Positions 30,482 through 41,135 of a stretch of 64,000 bases of DNA are shown here, piece after piece; positions within the stretch are counted from its first letter, which is position 1; each line of letters begins with the position of its first letter. This DNA comes from Gemmatimonadota bacterium (GTDB lineage: Bacteria > Gemmatimonadota > Gemmatimonadetes > Gemmatimonadales > GWC2-71-9). The stretch spans positions 26,168 to 90,167 of the forward strand of contig JAZDCZ010000291.1 in the NCBI GenBank assembly GCA_036679605.1, given 5' to 3'. The notes beneath the pieces were generated by a model. It was not told the origin of the DNA. It saw only the letters and a list, made by a program, of their open reading frames with translations, and did no database searches. The position numbers and the translations under genes were made by a program.

Positions 30482-33145
30482 ATGACCGAGATCACGTCCA
30501 AGCTCTCCACGGCCCTCGCGGGCCGCTACCAGATCGAACGCCACCTCGGCGAAGGCGGCATGGCCACCGTCTACCTCGCAGAGGACCTGAAGCACAAGCG
30601 CAAGGTAGCGGTCAAGGTACTGAGACCTGAGCTTGCAGCCGTGCTGGGTGCCGAGCGTTTCGTGCAGGAGATCACGACCACCGCGAATTTGCAGCACCCG
30701 CACATTCTCCCGCTGTTTGATTCGGGCGAGGCGGACTCCTTCCTTTATTATGTGATGCCGTTCATCGACGGCGAGACGCTGCGCGACAAACTCAACCGCG
30801 AGACCCAACTCGGCATCGAGGAAGCTGTCGACATCACGACCGCCATCGCGGACGCCCTCGACTACGCCCATCGGCAGAACGTCATCCATCGAGATATCAA
30901 GCCAGAAAACATCCTGCTTCACGAGGGCCGTCCGATGGTGGCAGACTTCGGGATTGCGTTGGCGGTGAGTGCGGCGGCTGGTGGGCGCATGACGGAAACG
31001 GGGCTCTCGCTTGGCACACCGCACTACATGAGTCCCGAACAGGCGACTGCGGAGAAGGATCTCACGAATAGATCGGATATCTATTCGCTAGGAAGCGTGC
31101 TCTACGAGATGTTGACCGGTAGCCCGCCGCACGTCGGCTCGTCGGCGCAGCAGATCATCATGAAGATCGTGACGGACGAAGCACGGGCTGTGACGGAGCT
31201 ACGCAAATCGGTGCCACCGCACGTTGCTGCGGCGACGGCGAAGTCGTTAGAGAAGTTGGCGGCGGATCGGTTCGAGACGGCAGCCAAATTCGCTGAGGCA
31301 CTCAGCAACGCGGCGTTCACGCTGCCGACTGCACAAGCAGAAGCGGCGGTGACGGCTGCGCCGGCGAGCAACCTTTGGAAACGAGTGAGCGTTGGAGTGA
31401 CGGCAGTCGCGGCTCTGCTTGCCGTCGTTGCTCTGTGGGGGTGGTTGCGCCCACAACCCAAGACCGTCTTCCGACTCGGTGTGGGGTTTGCCGAAGGAGA
31501 ACAAATCTTACGAGTCTCGACTAGGCGGTTTGCGATCTCCCCGGACGGAACCCGTATCGTCTATGTCGGAGCGGGTGTGGGAACCGGCGTGCGCCAGCTC
31601 TGGGTTAGGGAACTCGATGCGCTTCACGCCCAACCACTGCCGGGGACCGACCTTCCACGGGCTGTGTTCTTTTCACCTGACGGGCAGTCGGTGGGGTTCG
31701 TTGACGGAGAGCCCGGCGATCTCAAGATCATTTCGATCGAAGGCGGTTCCGTTCGCACAGTTGCCGCCGACTCCGTCAATCCGTGGGGAGGTATGTGGGG
31801 ACCAGACGGATGGCTGTACTTCACAGTGGCATCTGGTCGGCTCGCACGGGTGCGCGCAAGCGGTGGTCCTGTAGAGATCTTGGCTGCGCCGGATAGTTCT
31901 GAGACGGCTGGGGGGGGCGAGTACGATTGGCCGGAAGCACTTCCCAATGGCAGGGGTCTCGTCTTCCAGTTTTGGCAGAGTTCACTAGGCAACTCGGACA
32001 TTGCTACGCTATCGTTGGAGACGGGTGAAGTACGGGTGCTGACACACGCCGTGTCTGCGAAATACCTGCCCAACGGATACCTCCTGTATGTGACCATCGA
32101 CGGATCGCTCTTCGTTCAGCGATTCGATCAGGATGGCCTCGAGTTCACCGGTGAACCGATTGCGATTGAAACCGGTATTCGAATCGAGACGTTCGCCGGG
32201 ACTGGACAGTTTGACGTATCCCGGAACGGCCACTTCGTCTATCAGCCCGGTGGCAGCGGGGCCCAAGACCACATAGTCCGCGTGGATCGCTCGGGGTCCG
32301 CCACTGTCATCGATCCGGATTGGCGCGGCGGGTTCGAGACCGTCGCGCTTTCGCCGGACGGATCCCTCCTGGCTGTCGGAGTGGGGAGCGAAGGAGGGCA
32401 GATTTGGGTGAAGGAACTGGACAGGGGGCCTGCCAGACTGCTGACTTTTGAGGGGAATGGAAACAGCCGACCATCGTGGATGCCCGACGGTAGTGCCGTG
32501 ACGTTCGTGCAGCCCGGAAATGGTTTGTGGAGCGCACGGTCAGATGGCGGTGCCCCGCCCCAGCAGGTTTACACGGGCCCGCAAGTCTGGGAAGCAACAT
32601 GGTCGAGCGATGCGACGTGGCTTGTCGTTCGGATCGGCGGTACGGGTACGGGTACGCGCGACATTCACGCCATTCGCCCCGGTATCGATTCGTCGGCCCG
32701 CGTGATCGTAGCCTCTCCCGCAGATGAATACGCCCCCGCCCTCTCTCCAAACAACCGTTGGCTAGCGTACGTTTCCAACGAGACGGGCCGGGAAGAAGTG
32801 TACGTTCGTCCGTTTCCTGATGCCGAGCGCGAGAAGCATCGGGTGACAGTCAGCGGCGGAACGGAACCGCACTGGTCACGGAGCGGCCGTGAGCTATTTG
32901 TCCGGAACGCTCGGGGCGAGATGGCCGTACATGCTGTCCGCTTCGATGACGAGACGTTCGCAGTGGAACCGGCCGAAGTACTTTTTGATGCAACGGAATA
33001 CCTGAGCGACAACTACCATACAGCCTATGACGTCGCGCCCGACGATCAGCAGTTCTACATGATCGAGCAGTCCGAGATCATGGGCGGCGACCTCATCCTG
33101 GTGATCAACTGGTTCGAGGAGTTGAAGGCGAAGGTCGGGAACTAG
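30482..33145 (+). CDS. Ser/Thr protein kinase K5 (kinase-TM-PD40 propeller)
   Basis: Kinase motifs; TM; ends WFEELKAKVGN*. Confidence 0.92.
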   Translation: MTEITSKLSTALAGRYQIERHLGEGGMATVYLAEDLKHKRKVAVKVLRPELAAVLGAERFVQEITTTANLQHPHILPLFDSGEADSFLYYVMPFIDGETLRDKLNRETQLGIEEAVDITTAIADALDYAHRQNVIHRDIKPENILLHEGRPMVADFGIALAVSAAAGGRMTETGLSLGTPHYMSPEQATAEKDLTNRSDIYSLGSVLYEMLTGSPPHVGSSAQQIIMKIVTDEARAVTELRKSVPPHVAAATAKSLEKLAADRFETAAKFAEALSNAAFTLPTAQAEAAVTAAPASNLWKRVSVGVTAVAALLAVVALWGWLRPQPKTVFRLGVGFAEGEQILRVSTRRFAISPDGTRIVYVGAGVGTGVRQLWVRELDALHAQPLPGTDLPRAVFFSPDGQSVGFVDGEPGDLKIISIEGGSVRTVAADSVNPWGGMWGPDGWLYFTVASGRLARVRASGGPVEILAAPDSSETAGGGEYDWPEALPNGRGLVFQFWQSSLGNSDIATLSLETGEVRVLTHAVSAKYLPNGYLLYVTIDGSLFVQRFDQDGLEFTGEPIAIETGIRIETFAGTGQFDVSRNGHFVYQPGGSGAQDHIVRVDRSGSATVIDPDWRGGFETVALSPDGSLLAVGVGSEGGQIWVKELDRGPARLLTFEGNGNSRPSWMPDGSAVTFVQPGNGLWSARSDGGAPPQQVYTGPQVWEATWSSDATWLVVRIGGTGTGTRDIHAIRPGIDSSARVIVASPADEYAPALSPNNRWLAYVSNETGREEVYVRPFPDAEREKHRVTVSGGTEPHWSRSGRELFVRNARGEMAVHAVRFDDETFAVEPAEVLFDATEYLSDNYHTAYDVAPDDQQFYMIEQSEIMGGDLILVINWFEELKAKVGN

Positions 33146-35120
33146 ACACGTTGTCCTTCCGCTTCCACCCGTTGTTTTCCCTGTTGGCGTCGGGCAACAT
33201 CGTATCGGGATCCAACGTGACGGCAACAACTCCACGCGGATCGTCTACCAACACGCTGAAGAGGTCACTCGTCTGCCAGATCTCTACGGGTAGTTTGCGA
33301 TCGAGGGTACTGCCGTCGTCGAATTGGATGCGCATGTGGACCGGCATCACCAGCCCCGCACGGTTGTTCAGGTGAATGCGCGTGCCGTCCTTCGACACAG
33401 TGACCGAATCGACCGATTGATCTAACAGATCAGTGGTATAGAACCAGCCGCGCCAGAACCAACTCAGATCCTCCCCCGACAAGTCATCGATGGTGCGGAA
33501 GAAATCGGCGGGCTTGGGATGCTTGAACGCCCAGCGCTTGATGTAAGTGTGAAACGCCTTGTCGAACCGCTCGTGTCCCAAAACCACTTCACGCAACAGG
33601 AGGAGGCCGAATCCGGGCTTGCGATAGCCCAGGAAGCCCAGTCCCTCACCCCGGATCTTGTCGGGTTGGGTCATGATCGGCTGATCGGATATCGGCTGCT
33701 GCATCATGTTGGCGATGTAGGGTGCGCTGGTGCGCTGCGCCCGAGAAGCGGTATCGCCATAGAAGTCCAAGTTAGAGTAGTGATTCAAGAACGTGTTGAA
33801 GCCTTCGTCCATCCACGCGTAGCGCCGCTCGTCGTTGCCCACGATCATCGGAAACCAACTGTGACCAAACTCGTGGTCGGTCACACCGAATAGTGCTTGC
33901 CCGCGGCTTTGCACCGAGCAGAACACGATCATCGGGTATTCCATACCACCGACTATGCCAGCCACGTTTATGGCAACAGGATAGGGATAGCGGAAGAAAT
34001 GCTCAGAGTAATAGGAGATGGTATGACGAGCGTACTGCGTGGCATCTTCCCATCCGGCCTGCCCACGCTCGTCCGGGCCCACGCCCTCCTTGGGATACAT
34101 GGACATGATCAGCACATCCTCCCAGCTCGTGGCATCCCAGATGAACGCCTTGGACGCAGCCCAGGAAACATCCCGCACGTTGTCGGCATGATAGCGCCAC
34201 GTGAGGTTCTCTTTGCCGGTCGGACGACTTTCCGGCGTGCCCACCTCTTCCGCGCTCACAATGTGAATCGTCTCGGCGCTGTGCCGGGCCGTATTGAGGC
34301 GATTCTGTTGATTCTTGGTCAGAACATCTTCGGGGTTGAGCAAGTTGCCAGTTGCGACCACTATGAAGTCCGAAGGCGCCGTTATGGCGACATCGAAACT
34401 GCCATAGTCCAGATAGAATTCGCCCTGCCCTAAATATGGCATCGGGTTCCAGCCGTTCACGTCGTCGTAGACGTACATTCGGGGATACCACTGCGCCACC
34501 TCGTACACCCAGCCGTCTGCACCCTGGAGCCGGCCCATGCGGTCAGCCCCATACTCTGGTATTACGAACGACCAGTCGATCTCTATCCCTATGGTGCTTC
34601 CTCCCGGAGCCAGCGGCTGTGCTAGATCTATCCGCATGCGCGTGTCGTTCACCATGTAATCAGCGGAGCGGCGGATTCCGTCACGAACCACATCGACCCG
34701 TGCGAGCCGGTCGCCACCATCCGCGAAGGCGCCCCTCCATCTATTGGACGAGTTGACCAACGCCCCTCGGCTCTCTGGTGTGAAGAGGTTTTGGTCCAGC
34801 TGCAACCACAATTCGGATAGCGAGTCGGGTGAGTTATTGGTGTAAGTGATCGTTTCCGACCCAATGACACTGTGGCTCGTGGAGTCGAGCGACACCTGAA
34901 TGGAATAGTCAGATCTCTGCTGCCAGTAACCACGGCCGGGCTTGCCGTTGCCGAGCCGATCCTCATTGGCGTTGGGCAGGTTTAGCGGTGCAAAGATCTC
35001 TTGGTTGGTGGGGGGAAGCGGTTGGGGCGTCTGTGCGCGCGCCGCTGTCGCAGAAACCACCGCAATAGCCACCAGAGATATCGTCTCTAACATAGATTGC
35101 TTCATCAATCGCTTCATCAT
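33105..35120 (-). CDS. M1 family metalloaminopeptidase, secreted
   Basis: GGMEYP and HEFGHSWF...WMDEG motifs; signal peptide. The 3' end overlaps the K5 tail by 41 nt. Confidence 0.88.
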   Translation of the reverse strand: MMKRLMKQSMLETISLVAIAVVSATAARAQTPQPLPPTNQEIFAPLNLPNANEDRLGNGKPGRGYWQQRSDYSIQVSLDSTSHSVIGSETITYTNNSPDSLSELWLQLDQNLFTPESRGALVNSSNRWRGAFADGGDRLARVDVVRDGIRRSADYMVNDTRMRIDLAQPLAPGGSTIGIEIDWSFVIPEYGADRMGRLQGADGWVYEVAQWYPRMYVYDDVNGWNPMPYLGQGEFYLDYGSFDVAITAPSDFIVVATGNLLNPEDVLTKNQQNRLNTARHSAETIHIVSAEEVGTPESRPTGKENLTWRYHADNVRDVSWAASKAFIWDATSWEDVLIMSMYPKEGVGPDERGQAGWEDATQYARHTISYYSEHFFRYPYPVAINVAGIVGGMEYPMIVFCSVQSRGQALFGVTDHEFGHSWFPMIVGNDERRYAWMDEGFNTFLNHYSNLDFYGDTASRAQRTSAPYIANMMQQPISDQPIMTQPDKIRGEGLGFLGYRKPGFGLLLLREVVLGHERFDKAFHTYIKRWAFKHPKPADFFRTIDDLSGEDLSWFWRGWFYTTDLLDQSVDSVTVSKDGTRIHLNNRAGLVMPVHMRIQFDDGSTLDRKLPVEIWQTSDLFSVLVDDPRGVVAVTLDPDTMLPDANRENNGWKRKDNVSSSRPSPSTPRTS

Positions 35121-35291
35121 CCAGCTCTTTCTAGATCGCTCCGTGATTTGACAGTGCAGTTGTACCGGCTTCGGGCGATTGAATCATACAGCGGTGTGGT
35201 ACTGCGCGGCAGGCCATGTCAGTGCCGCAATATTCAGAATCGCCCACCTCAGCGTCGGAAGTTGTGGCCGATGGCTGCGTCCGTCTTCGAC

Positions 35292-35375
35292 GAGTTGACA
35301 ATCGCGGCCGACCGTTTCTATCTCACCGTAACCGAGTACGAGAGCGATATTTGGGTGATGGACCTGCAGTACTAG
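35292..35375 (+). pseudogene. Orphan C-terminal fragment of a TolB-type propeller protein
   Basis: ELTIAADRFYLTVTEYESDIWVMDLQY* resembles a final propeller blade; no parent gene upstream. Confidence 0.5.
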
Positions 35376-35504
35376 GACTGGTGGGCGGGCTTGTGTCCCT
35401 TACCAGTTTTGGTCCATCAAATCGTCCCGTCGGAACGTGGCGGAACTACGCCCTTCAGGGCGGGACTCCCCAAAACCCGCGTTGCGTTGCATCTTAGTAC
35501 CGCC

Positions 35505-38195
35505 ATGACCAACACCGTCCGCCTCTCAACAGCATTAGCCGACCGCTACCGCATCGAACGCCGCATTGGCGAAGGCGGCATGGCGACCGTGTACCTGGCC
35601 GAAGACTTGAAGCACAAGCGCAAGGTCGCGGTGAAGGTGCTGCGTCCTGAACTCGCTGCCGTCTTAGGCGCCGAGCGTTTCGTGCAAGAGATCACCACCA
35701 CCGCGAATCTGCAACACCCGCACATCCTGCCCCTGTTCGATTCGGGTGAGGCTGACTCATTCCTCTATTATGTCATGCCGTTCATCGATGGCGAGACACT
35801 GCGCGGCAAACTCAACCGCGAAACGCAACTCGGTATCGAGGAAGCGGTCAACATCGCTACCGACGTTGCCGACGCGCTGGACTACGCTCACCAGCAGGGG
35901 GTGATCCACCGCGACATCAAGCCCGAGAACATCCTGATCCATAACGGTCGGCCGATGGTGGCGGACTTCGGGATTGCACTCGCCGTTAGTGCGGCGGCGG
36001 GTGGGCGCATGACCGAGACGGGCCTCAGTCTCGGCACGCCGCACTACATGAGCCCCGAGCAGGCGACCGCCGAGAAGGACCTCACTGCGCGTTCAGATGT
36101 GTATTCGCTCGGCAGCGTGTTGTATGAGATGCTCACCGGGAGCCCGCCGCACACCGGCGCATCGGCACAGCAGATCATCATGAAAATCGTGACGGATGAA
36201 GCCGCACCGGTCACCCAGCTCCGCAAGTCGGTGCCGCCCAACGTGGCGGCGGCGGTGGCAGAATCGCTGGCGAAGTTGCCGGCCGATCGATTTACCTCAG
36301 CTGCGGCATTCTCTGCGGCACTGGTAAACCCCGCGTTCACGTTGGCGGGCACAGCGACGGCACCTGCTGCTGCTGCGATTGCTAGGGCTGGGAACTGGAA
36401 GACGCGATTGGCGCTCTCAGCAGGACTCCTCGTAGCGGGCCTGAGCGGAGGGTTTCTGCTCCGGGGGGGAGACAGGTCCGAACCGCAGGTAGTACGCTTC
36501 GACCTGCGCATTCCTTCTGGACAACTTCTCGACCTCCGGAATAACGAGGACGCCCCGTTTGCGATATCGCCGGACGGCACACGCATCGTCTATGCAGCAA
36601 TCGACTCAGGTACGGCGGTGAACAAATTGTACATCCGCCGGCTCGACCAGATGGAGGGCGTCGTACTTCCCGGTACCGAAGACGCCATTTCCCCGTTCTT
36701 CTCTCCGGATGGATTGTGGGTGGGATTCACCACCGACGAGGACGAGAAGCTGAAGAAGGTGCCGGTGACCGGAGGCCCGCCGATCACCTTGGCGGACGAT
36801 GTGCAGAACCAGTTCGCGGGCGCGTCGTGGGGTGACGACGGGTACATCGTGTACACGTCCAGGGGCTTCCATCTGTCACGAGTGAGTGGCGCGGGAGGAG
36901 TGCCGGAGCAACTCGCCGATCCTGACAGCGGCAACGCAGCCATGTTTTGGCCATCGGTACTTCCTGGCGGCGAGGCGGTGTTATTCGAGCGCTGTCTCCA
37001 GACCTGTAACCAAACGGACCTTGCCGTGCTGGACATCAAGTCAGGGTCGGTCGACGTGGTGGTGCCAGGGGCCACGCGAGGCTGGTACGCCAGCTCGGGG
37101 CACCTGTTGTACGCGACCGACGAAGGCGCCGTGTACGGAGTCTCGTTCGACCCAAGACGTCGCGAGGTCACCGGTGCCCCCGTGCCGCTGCTGGACGGGG
37201 TCCGGGTCGGGCTTGCCAACGGTTTGCGACTCAGCATCTCGGCATCGGGCGCCATGATGTACCTGACCGGTACCGCGGTGGCCGGTGTGCAGGTGGTGCA
37301 GGTCGATCGATCCGGACGGGAGACGGTCGTGATTTCGCGGACAGGAGAGTACCAGCACCCGCGATGGTCACCCGACGGGGAGCGCATCGCGATGACGATA
37401 TTCGGAGGATCTGGTGGTGCACAGATTTGGATCTACGACATTGCATCGGAGACGCTCTCGCAGCTCACCTTCGAGGGCGGCAATGTTCGCCCGACGTGGT
37501 CACCGGACGGTAGTCGGGTTGCCTTTTTCTCCACGAGGTCTGATACGTCGGATCTATACTGGAAGCCGGCGGATGGATCGGGCCCTGCGGAACGAGTAGC
37601 CGAGGATGAGGATATTCTGAACGCGGGGACGACGTTTTGGACCAGTGACGGATCTTGGATAGTCTTCGACGGTTTGGGAGAGGCGGGTGCTTCGGACGAG
37701 AACATCTATGCCGTGGGGACCGGCGAAGATCGCACTCGTCAGACGGCGGTCGCCACCGGTGCTGGAGAAGAGACGGGCGCCGTGTCGCCCAACGGGGAGT
37801 GGATCGCGTACGGCTCCGATGAATCCGGCCCGTGGCAGGTGTACGTACGCCCGTTCTTGAAGCCGGGAGGACGCTGGCTCATCTCGACCGCCGGCGGTGG
37901 CACGCCCCTCTGGGCTTCGGACACCGAACTCATCTACGTGGACTTCGCGACGAGGAGCTTGATGGCGGCGAGGCTCCAGTTTGGATCCACTGTGCGTGTG
38001 GAGCGGACCATGCTTTTTCCGTTCGCGGCCTACTCGTACAATCGGTCCTCCCCTATGTATGACGTGTCGCGCGACGGACAGTCTTTCCTCGTGCTGCGGG
38101 GGGAACAGGGTGCCGCGTTGGATACCCAGCCGATCGTCGTGCTCAACTGGTTCGAGGAGATCAAGCGGCGCATGGCCGAGCAGGGAGGGCGGTAG
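35505..38195 (+). CDS. Ser/Thr protein kinase K6 (kinase-TM-PD40 propeller)
   Basis: Start ATG 35505 follows TCCCCA-N17-CATCTT; motifs intact; ends LNWFEEIKRRMAEQGGR*. Confidence 0.92.
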   Translation: MTNTVRLSTALADRYRIERRIGEGGMATVYLAEDLKHKRKVAVKVLRPELAAVLGAERFVQEITTTANLQHPHILPLFDSGEADSFLYYVMPFIDGETLRGKLNRETQLGIEEAVNIATDVADALDYAHQQGVIHRDIKPENILIHNGRPMVADFGIALAVSAAAGGRMTETGLSLGTPHYMSPEQATAEKDLTARSDVYSLGSVLYEMLTGSPPHTGASAQQIIMKIVTDEAAPVTQLRKSVPPNVAAAVAESLAKLPADRFTSAAAFSAALVNPAFTLAGTATAPAAAAIARAGNWKTRLALSAGLLVAGLSGGFLLRGGDRSEPQVVRFDLRIPSGQLLDLRNNEDAPFAISPDGTRIVYAAIDSGTAVNKLYIRRLDQMEGVVLPGTEDAISPFFSPDGLWVGFTTDEDEKLKKVPVTGGPPITLADDVQNQFAGASWGDDGYIVYTSRGFHLSRVSGAGGVPEQLADPDSGNAAMFWPSVLPGGEAVLFERCLQTCNQTDLAVLDIKSGSVDVVVPGATRGWYASSGHLLYATDEGAVYGVSFDPRRREVTGAPVPLLDGVRVGLANGLRLSISASGAMMYLTGTAVAGVQVVQVDRSGRETVVISRTGEYQHPRWSPDGERIAMTIFGGSGGAQIWIYDIASETLSQLTFEGGNVRPTWSPDGSRVAFFSTRSDTSDLYWKPADGSGPAERVAEDEDILNAGTTFWTSDGSWIVFDGLGEAGASDENIYAVGTGEDRTRQTAVATGAGEETGAVSPNGEWIAYGSDESGPWQVYVRPFLKPGGRWLISTAGGGTPLWASDTELIYVDFATRSLMAARLQFGSTVRVERTMLFPFAAYSYNRSSPMYDVSRDGQSFLVLRGEQGAALDTQPIVVLNWFEEIKRRMAEQGGR

Positions 38196-38241
38196 GCCAA
38201 ATGAGGAATCTTGGTCTCTCGTCGGGTCTGGGCTCTTTTCG

Positions 38242-38532
38242 CTACAACTTGATCAGCGCCACGACCGTCCCTAACGTCCCCACCCAGAAGATGAACATCC
38301 ACTTGATGAGTCTGGCTTCCAGTCCTGAGAGCCTACTGTCCAACTCGGCCTTAACCTCCGCAAGCCGTTGCTCCAGCTTCGCATCAAAACGCGCGAAGTT
38401 GACCTCGAACAACTCTCTGAACTCTGAGCGGTACGTCGTGTCCACCTTGTTGAACCAGTCTACCAACTCATCGGCGATGCCGTGGCCGAGCTTGGCGTAG
38501 AACTCTTTGGAAAACTTGGCAGCAATTGGCAT
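38242..38532 (-). CDS. Small coiled-coil protein with C-terminal TM anchor (DUF1640/CCDC90-like)
   Basis: MPIAAKFSKEFYAKLG...RFDAKLEQRLAEVKAEL...LIKWMFIFWVGTLG, 96 aa. Confidence 0.7.
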   Translation of the reverse strand: MPIAAKFSKEFYAKLGHGIADELVDWFNKVDTTYRSEFRELFEVNFARFDAKLEQRLAEVKAELDSRLSGLEARLIKWMFIFWVGTLGTVVALIKL

Positions 38533-38736
38533 CTTTGCTCTCAGATCTTGTGTTGCCGCCACGGTACAAAGATACGCTCGGCGAGGCATAACCGAAATGC
38601 CGCAGCGAGGTACGCGATTTTGCGGTCGGCGCCCAGTAAAGAGAGTGCATCCTTTAGGATGCTGTGCATGGCGCAGCGCGCCCTTCAGGGCGGGACTACT
38701 CGCGAAACGGCCGTATAGGCTACATCTTAGTTCCCC

Positions 38737-41007
38737 ATGACTGACCTTGCCTCGCGGCTGTCCACCGCCCTTAGCCGTAGCTATAAGATCGAACGTCTTG
38801 TTGGCGAAGGCGGCATGGCCACCGTCTACCTCGCCGAGGACTTGAAGCACAAGCGCAAGGTGGCGCTCAAAGTCTTGAAGCCGGAGTTGTCCGCCGTCTT
38901 GGGCGGTGAACGGTTTCTGAACGAGATCGAGCTGACCGCCAACCTCCAGCACCCACACATTCTCCAACTCTACGACTCCGGTGATGCCGATTCACACCTT
39001 TACTACGTGATGCCGTATATCGAGGGCGAATCGCTTCGAGAGAAATTGAATCGCGAAAAACAACTCTCCGTCAAGGAGACGGTTGAGATTACGAAGGTCG
39101 TCGCGAGTGCTTTGGACTTTGCGCACAAGCGAGGCGTCATCCATCGCGACATCAAGCCGGAAAACATTTTGCTGCAGGACGGTGTGGCGTTGGTTGCCGA
39201 CTTCGGCATCGCGGTGGCGTTGAGCACGGTCGGCGGGGACCGGCTTACGGAAACGGGGTTGTCGATCGGGACGCCTGCCTACATGAGCCCCGAGCAGGTA
39301 GCTGGACAGCGAGATCTCGATGTGCGCAGCGACGTCTATTCCCTGGCGTGCGTAACGTACGAGATGTTAGCGGGCGATCCGCCGTTCATTGCCTCAACCC
39401 CCCAGGCGGTGATGGCCAAGCACGTAACGGATCCCGCAGCGCCGATTACCACGACTCGGCCGAGCGTGAGTCCGTCAATCGCGCATTCGCTTGCCAAGGC
39501 GTTGAACAAGGCGCCGGTTGACCGTTACGAGAGTGCCGGTGCGTTTGCCACAGGATTGACTACCGAGCGAGCGACACAGGACGGCGATACCAGATCGATT
39601 GTTGTGCTGCCCTTTGTGAATCGCAGCCAGGATCCGGATAACGAGTACTTTAGCGACGGCCTGACCGAGGAAATCATCACAGACCTCGCGCAGATAGGTG
39701 CCTTGGCCGTAATCTCGCGCAACTCGGCGATGCAGCTCAAGGGCACGACCAAGGACACACCGACCATCGCGAAAGAACTCGGGGTGAGTCACGTTGTAAC
39801 TGGCTCGGTCCGACGGGCAGGCGACGCACTGCGTGTCATGGCAGAGCTGGTCGAGGCGAAGAGCGACACGCCGATCTGGAGTGAGAAGTACTCCGGGACC
39901 GTAGCGGATGTATTCGGGATTCAAGAGGAAATCGCACGAAAAATCGTCTCCGCGCTCGAGGTGAAGCTCACCGATGCGGAGGAACGCCAGGTTGCCGAAC
40001 GGCCGATCGAGGACGTAGTGGCATACGATTGCTACCTGCGTGCGCGCCAGGAACTATACGTATGGACCGCCGATTCCCAGGGTCGGGCGGCCCGGCTGGT
40101 TGATGACGCGCTTGAGATTGTGGGTGAGAATCCGCTGCTCCTCGCCACCAAGGGTCAGATCTTATGGAATAACGTCAATGTGATGTTCCGGCCTGAGGAG
40201 CAGTATCTCGATCAAGCGGCCGACTGCGTGACCGAGGCGCTGGCCCTCGATCCGGACTTTTACCTCGGCATCTTTGTACGCGGGCTCGTGGCCGGTCTGC
40301 GCGGCGACGTCGAGAGCGCGCTCGAGGATGTTCGCCGTGCCCACGAACTTAGGCCGGGGGACGCAAATGTCCTCGCCGAGCTGTGTCGCTTCTCGAACGC
40401 TGCCGGGCTGCTCCAGTGCGGGGATTACGTGGAGGAGCTGGTCCGGATCGATCCACTCACTCCGGTGACACAGCTTGTCGTAGGGTACAACCACATCCTG
40501 AACGGCCGTCTCCAGGACGCCGTACCGGTCTGCCGCAGGGCGATTGAACAGGCGGGCTCCCTGTCGCCTCTCCAGATATACACTGCGTGGGGGCTCGCGG
40601 GCGCTGACCTACGTGAGGAGGCGATGGCTGTGCTCGGGCGTGCGGAGACGGAACTCCCCGGGACCATCCACGGATCGTGGGCTCTGTTCCTCATGCACGC
40701 CTTGGCCGGGAACGCCAAAGAGGTAATGGCCCATGCAACACCGGAACTGGAACGGGCAGCCGGCTTCGTGGATCATATCGCTCGCATCATGGCCGACGCC
40801 TACGCGCTGATCGGGCGAAACGACGATGCCGTCAGGTGGACCCGGATCGCCGTCAGTCGCGGCTTTATCAACTATCCCTTCCTGTCCCGTCACGATCCGT
40901 TCCTCGAAACCGTTCGCAGTGATCCACGGTTCCAGCAGTTGATGGCAGAGGTGAAGGAGCGGTGGGAAGCGTTGATTGAGTGGGAGCGTTCTGGGGGTGT
41001 GTCGTGA
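38737..41007 (+). CDS. K7: Ser/Thr kinase + TolB_N-like domain + TPR (no TM)
   Basis: Kinase motifs; SIVVLPFVNRSQDPDNEYFSDGLTEEII; helical repeats; LETVRSDPRFQQLM. Confidence 0.88.
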   Translation: MTDLASRLSTALSRSYKIERLVGEGGMATVYLAEDLKHKRKVALKVLKPELSAVLGGERFLNEIELTANLQHPHILQLYDSGDADSHLYYVMPYIEGESLREKLNREKQLSVKETVEITKVVASALDFAHKRGVIHRDIKPENILLQDGVALVADFGIAVALSTVGGDRLTETGLSIGTPAYMSPEQVAGQRDLDVRSDVYSLACVTYEMLAGDPPFIASTPQAVMAKHVTDPAAPITTTRPSVSPSIAHSLAKALNKAPVDRYESAGAFATGLTTERATQDGDTRSIVVLPFVNRSQDPDNEYFSDGLTEEIITDLAQIGALAVISRNSAMQLKGTTKDTPTIAKELGVSHVVTGSVRRAGDALRVMAELVEAKSDTPIWSEKYSGTVADVFGIQEEIARKIVSALEVKLTDAEERQVAERPIEDVVAYDCYLRARQELYVWTADSQGRAARLVDDALEIVGENPLLLATKGQILWNNVNVMFRPEEQYLDQAADCVTEALALDPDFYLGIFVRGLVAGLRGDVESALEDVRRAHELRPGDANVLAELCRFSNAAGLLQCGDYVEELVRIDPLTPVTQLVVGYNHILNGRLQDAVPVCRRAIEQAGSLSPLQIYTAWGLAGADLREEAMAVLGRAETELPGTIHGSWALFLMHALAGNAKEVMAHATPELERAAGFVDHIARIMADAYALIGRNDDAVRWTRIAVSRGFINYPFLSRHDPFLETVRSDPRFQQLMAEVKERWEALIEWERSGGVS

Positions 41008-41012
41008 GCGAT

Positions 41013-41135
41013 GGAGTTGAAGGCGAAGGCTGGGAGGGAATGACCAATGTCCAATAAACGATGTCCAAAGAGCAAGGATCTGCGCTTGGCAGCGTTGGAC
41101 ATTGGACATTCTGCATTGCTCATTCCGCGATTGAT
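41013..41135 (+). repeat. Orphan kinase tail (ELKAKAGRE*) plus heptamer spacer (copy 3)
   Basis: GGAGTTGAAGGCGAAGGCTGGGAGGGAATGA lies just after K7's own stop and is followed by AATGACC AATGTCC ... TTGGACA TTGGACA. Confidence 0.88.

Noticed and set aside
38533..38967. N-terminal 145 aa of ORF 38242-38967
   Set aside because: Antisense to the K7 head and promoter; the real small gene most likely starts at 38532.
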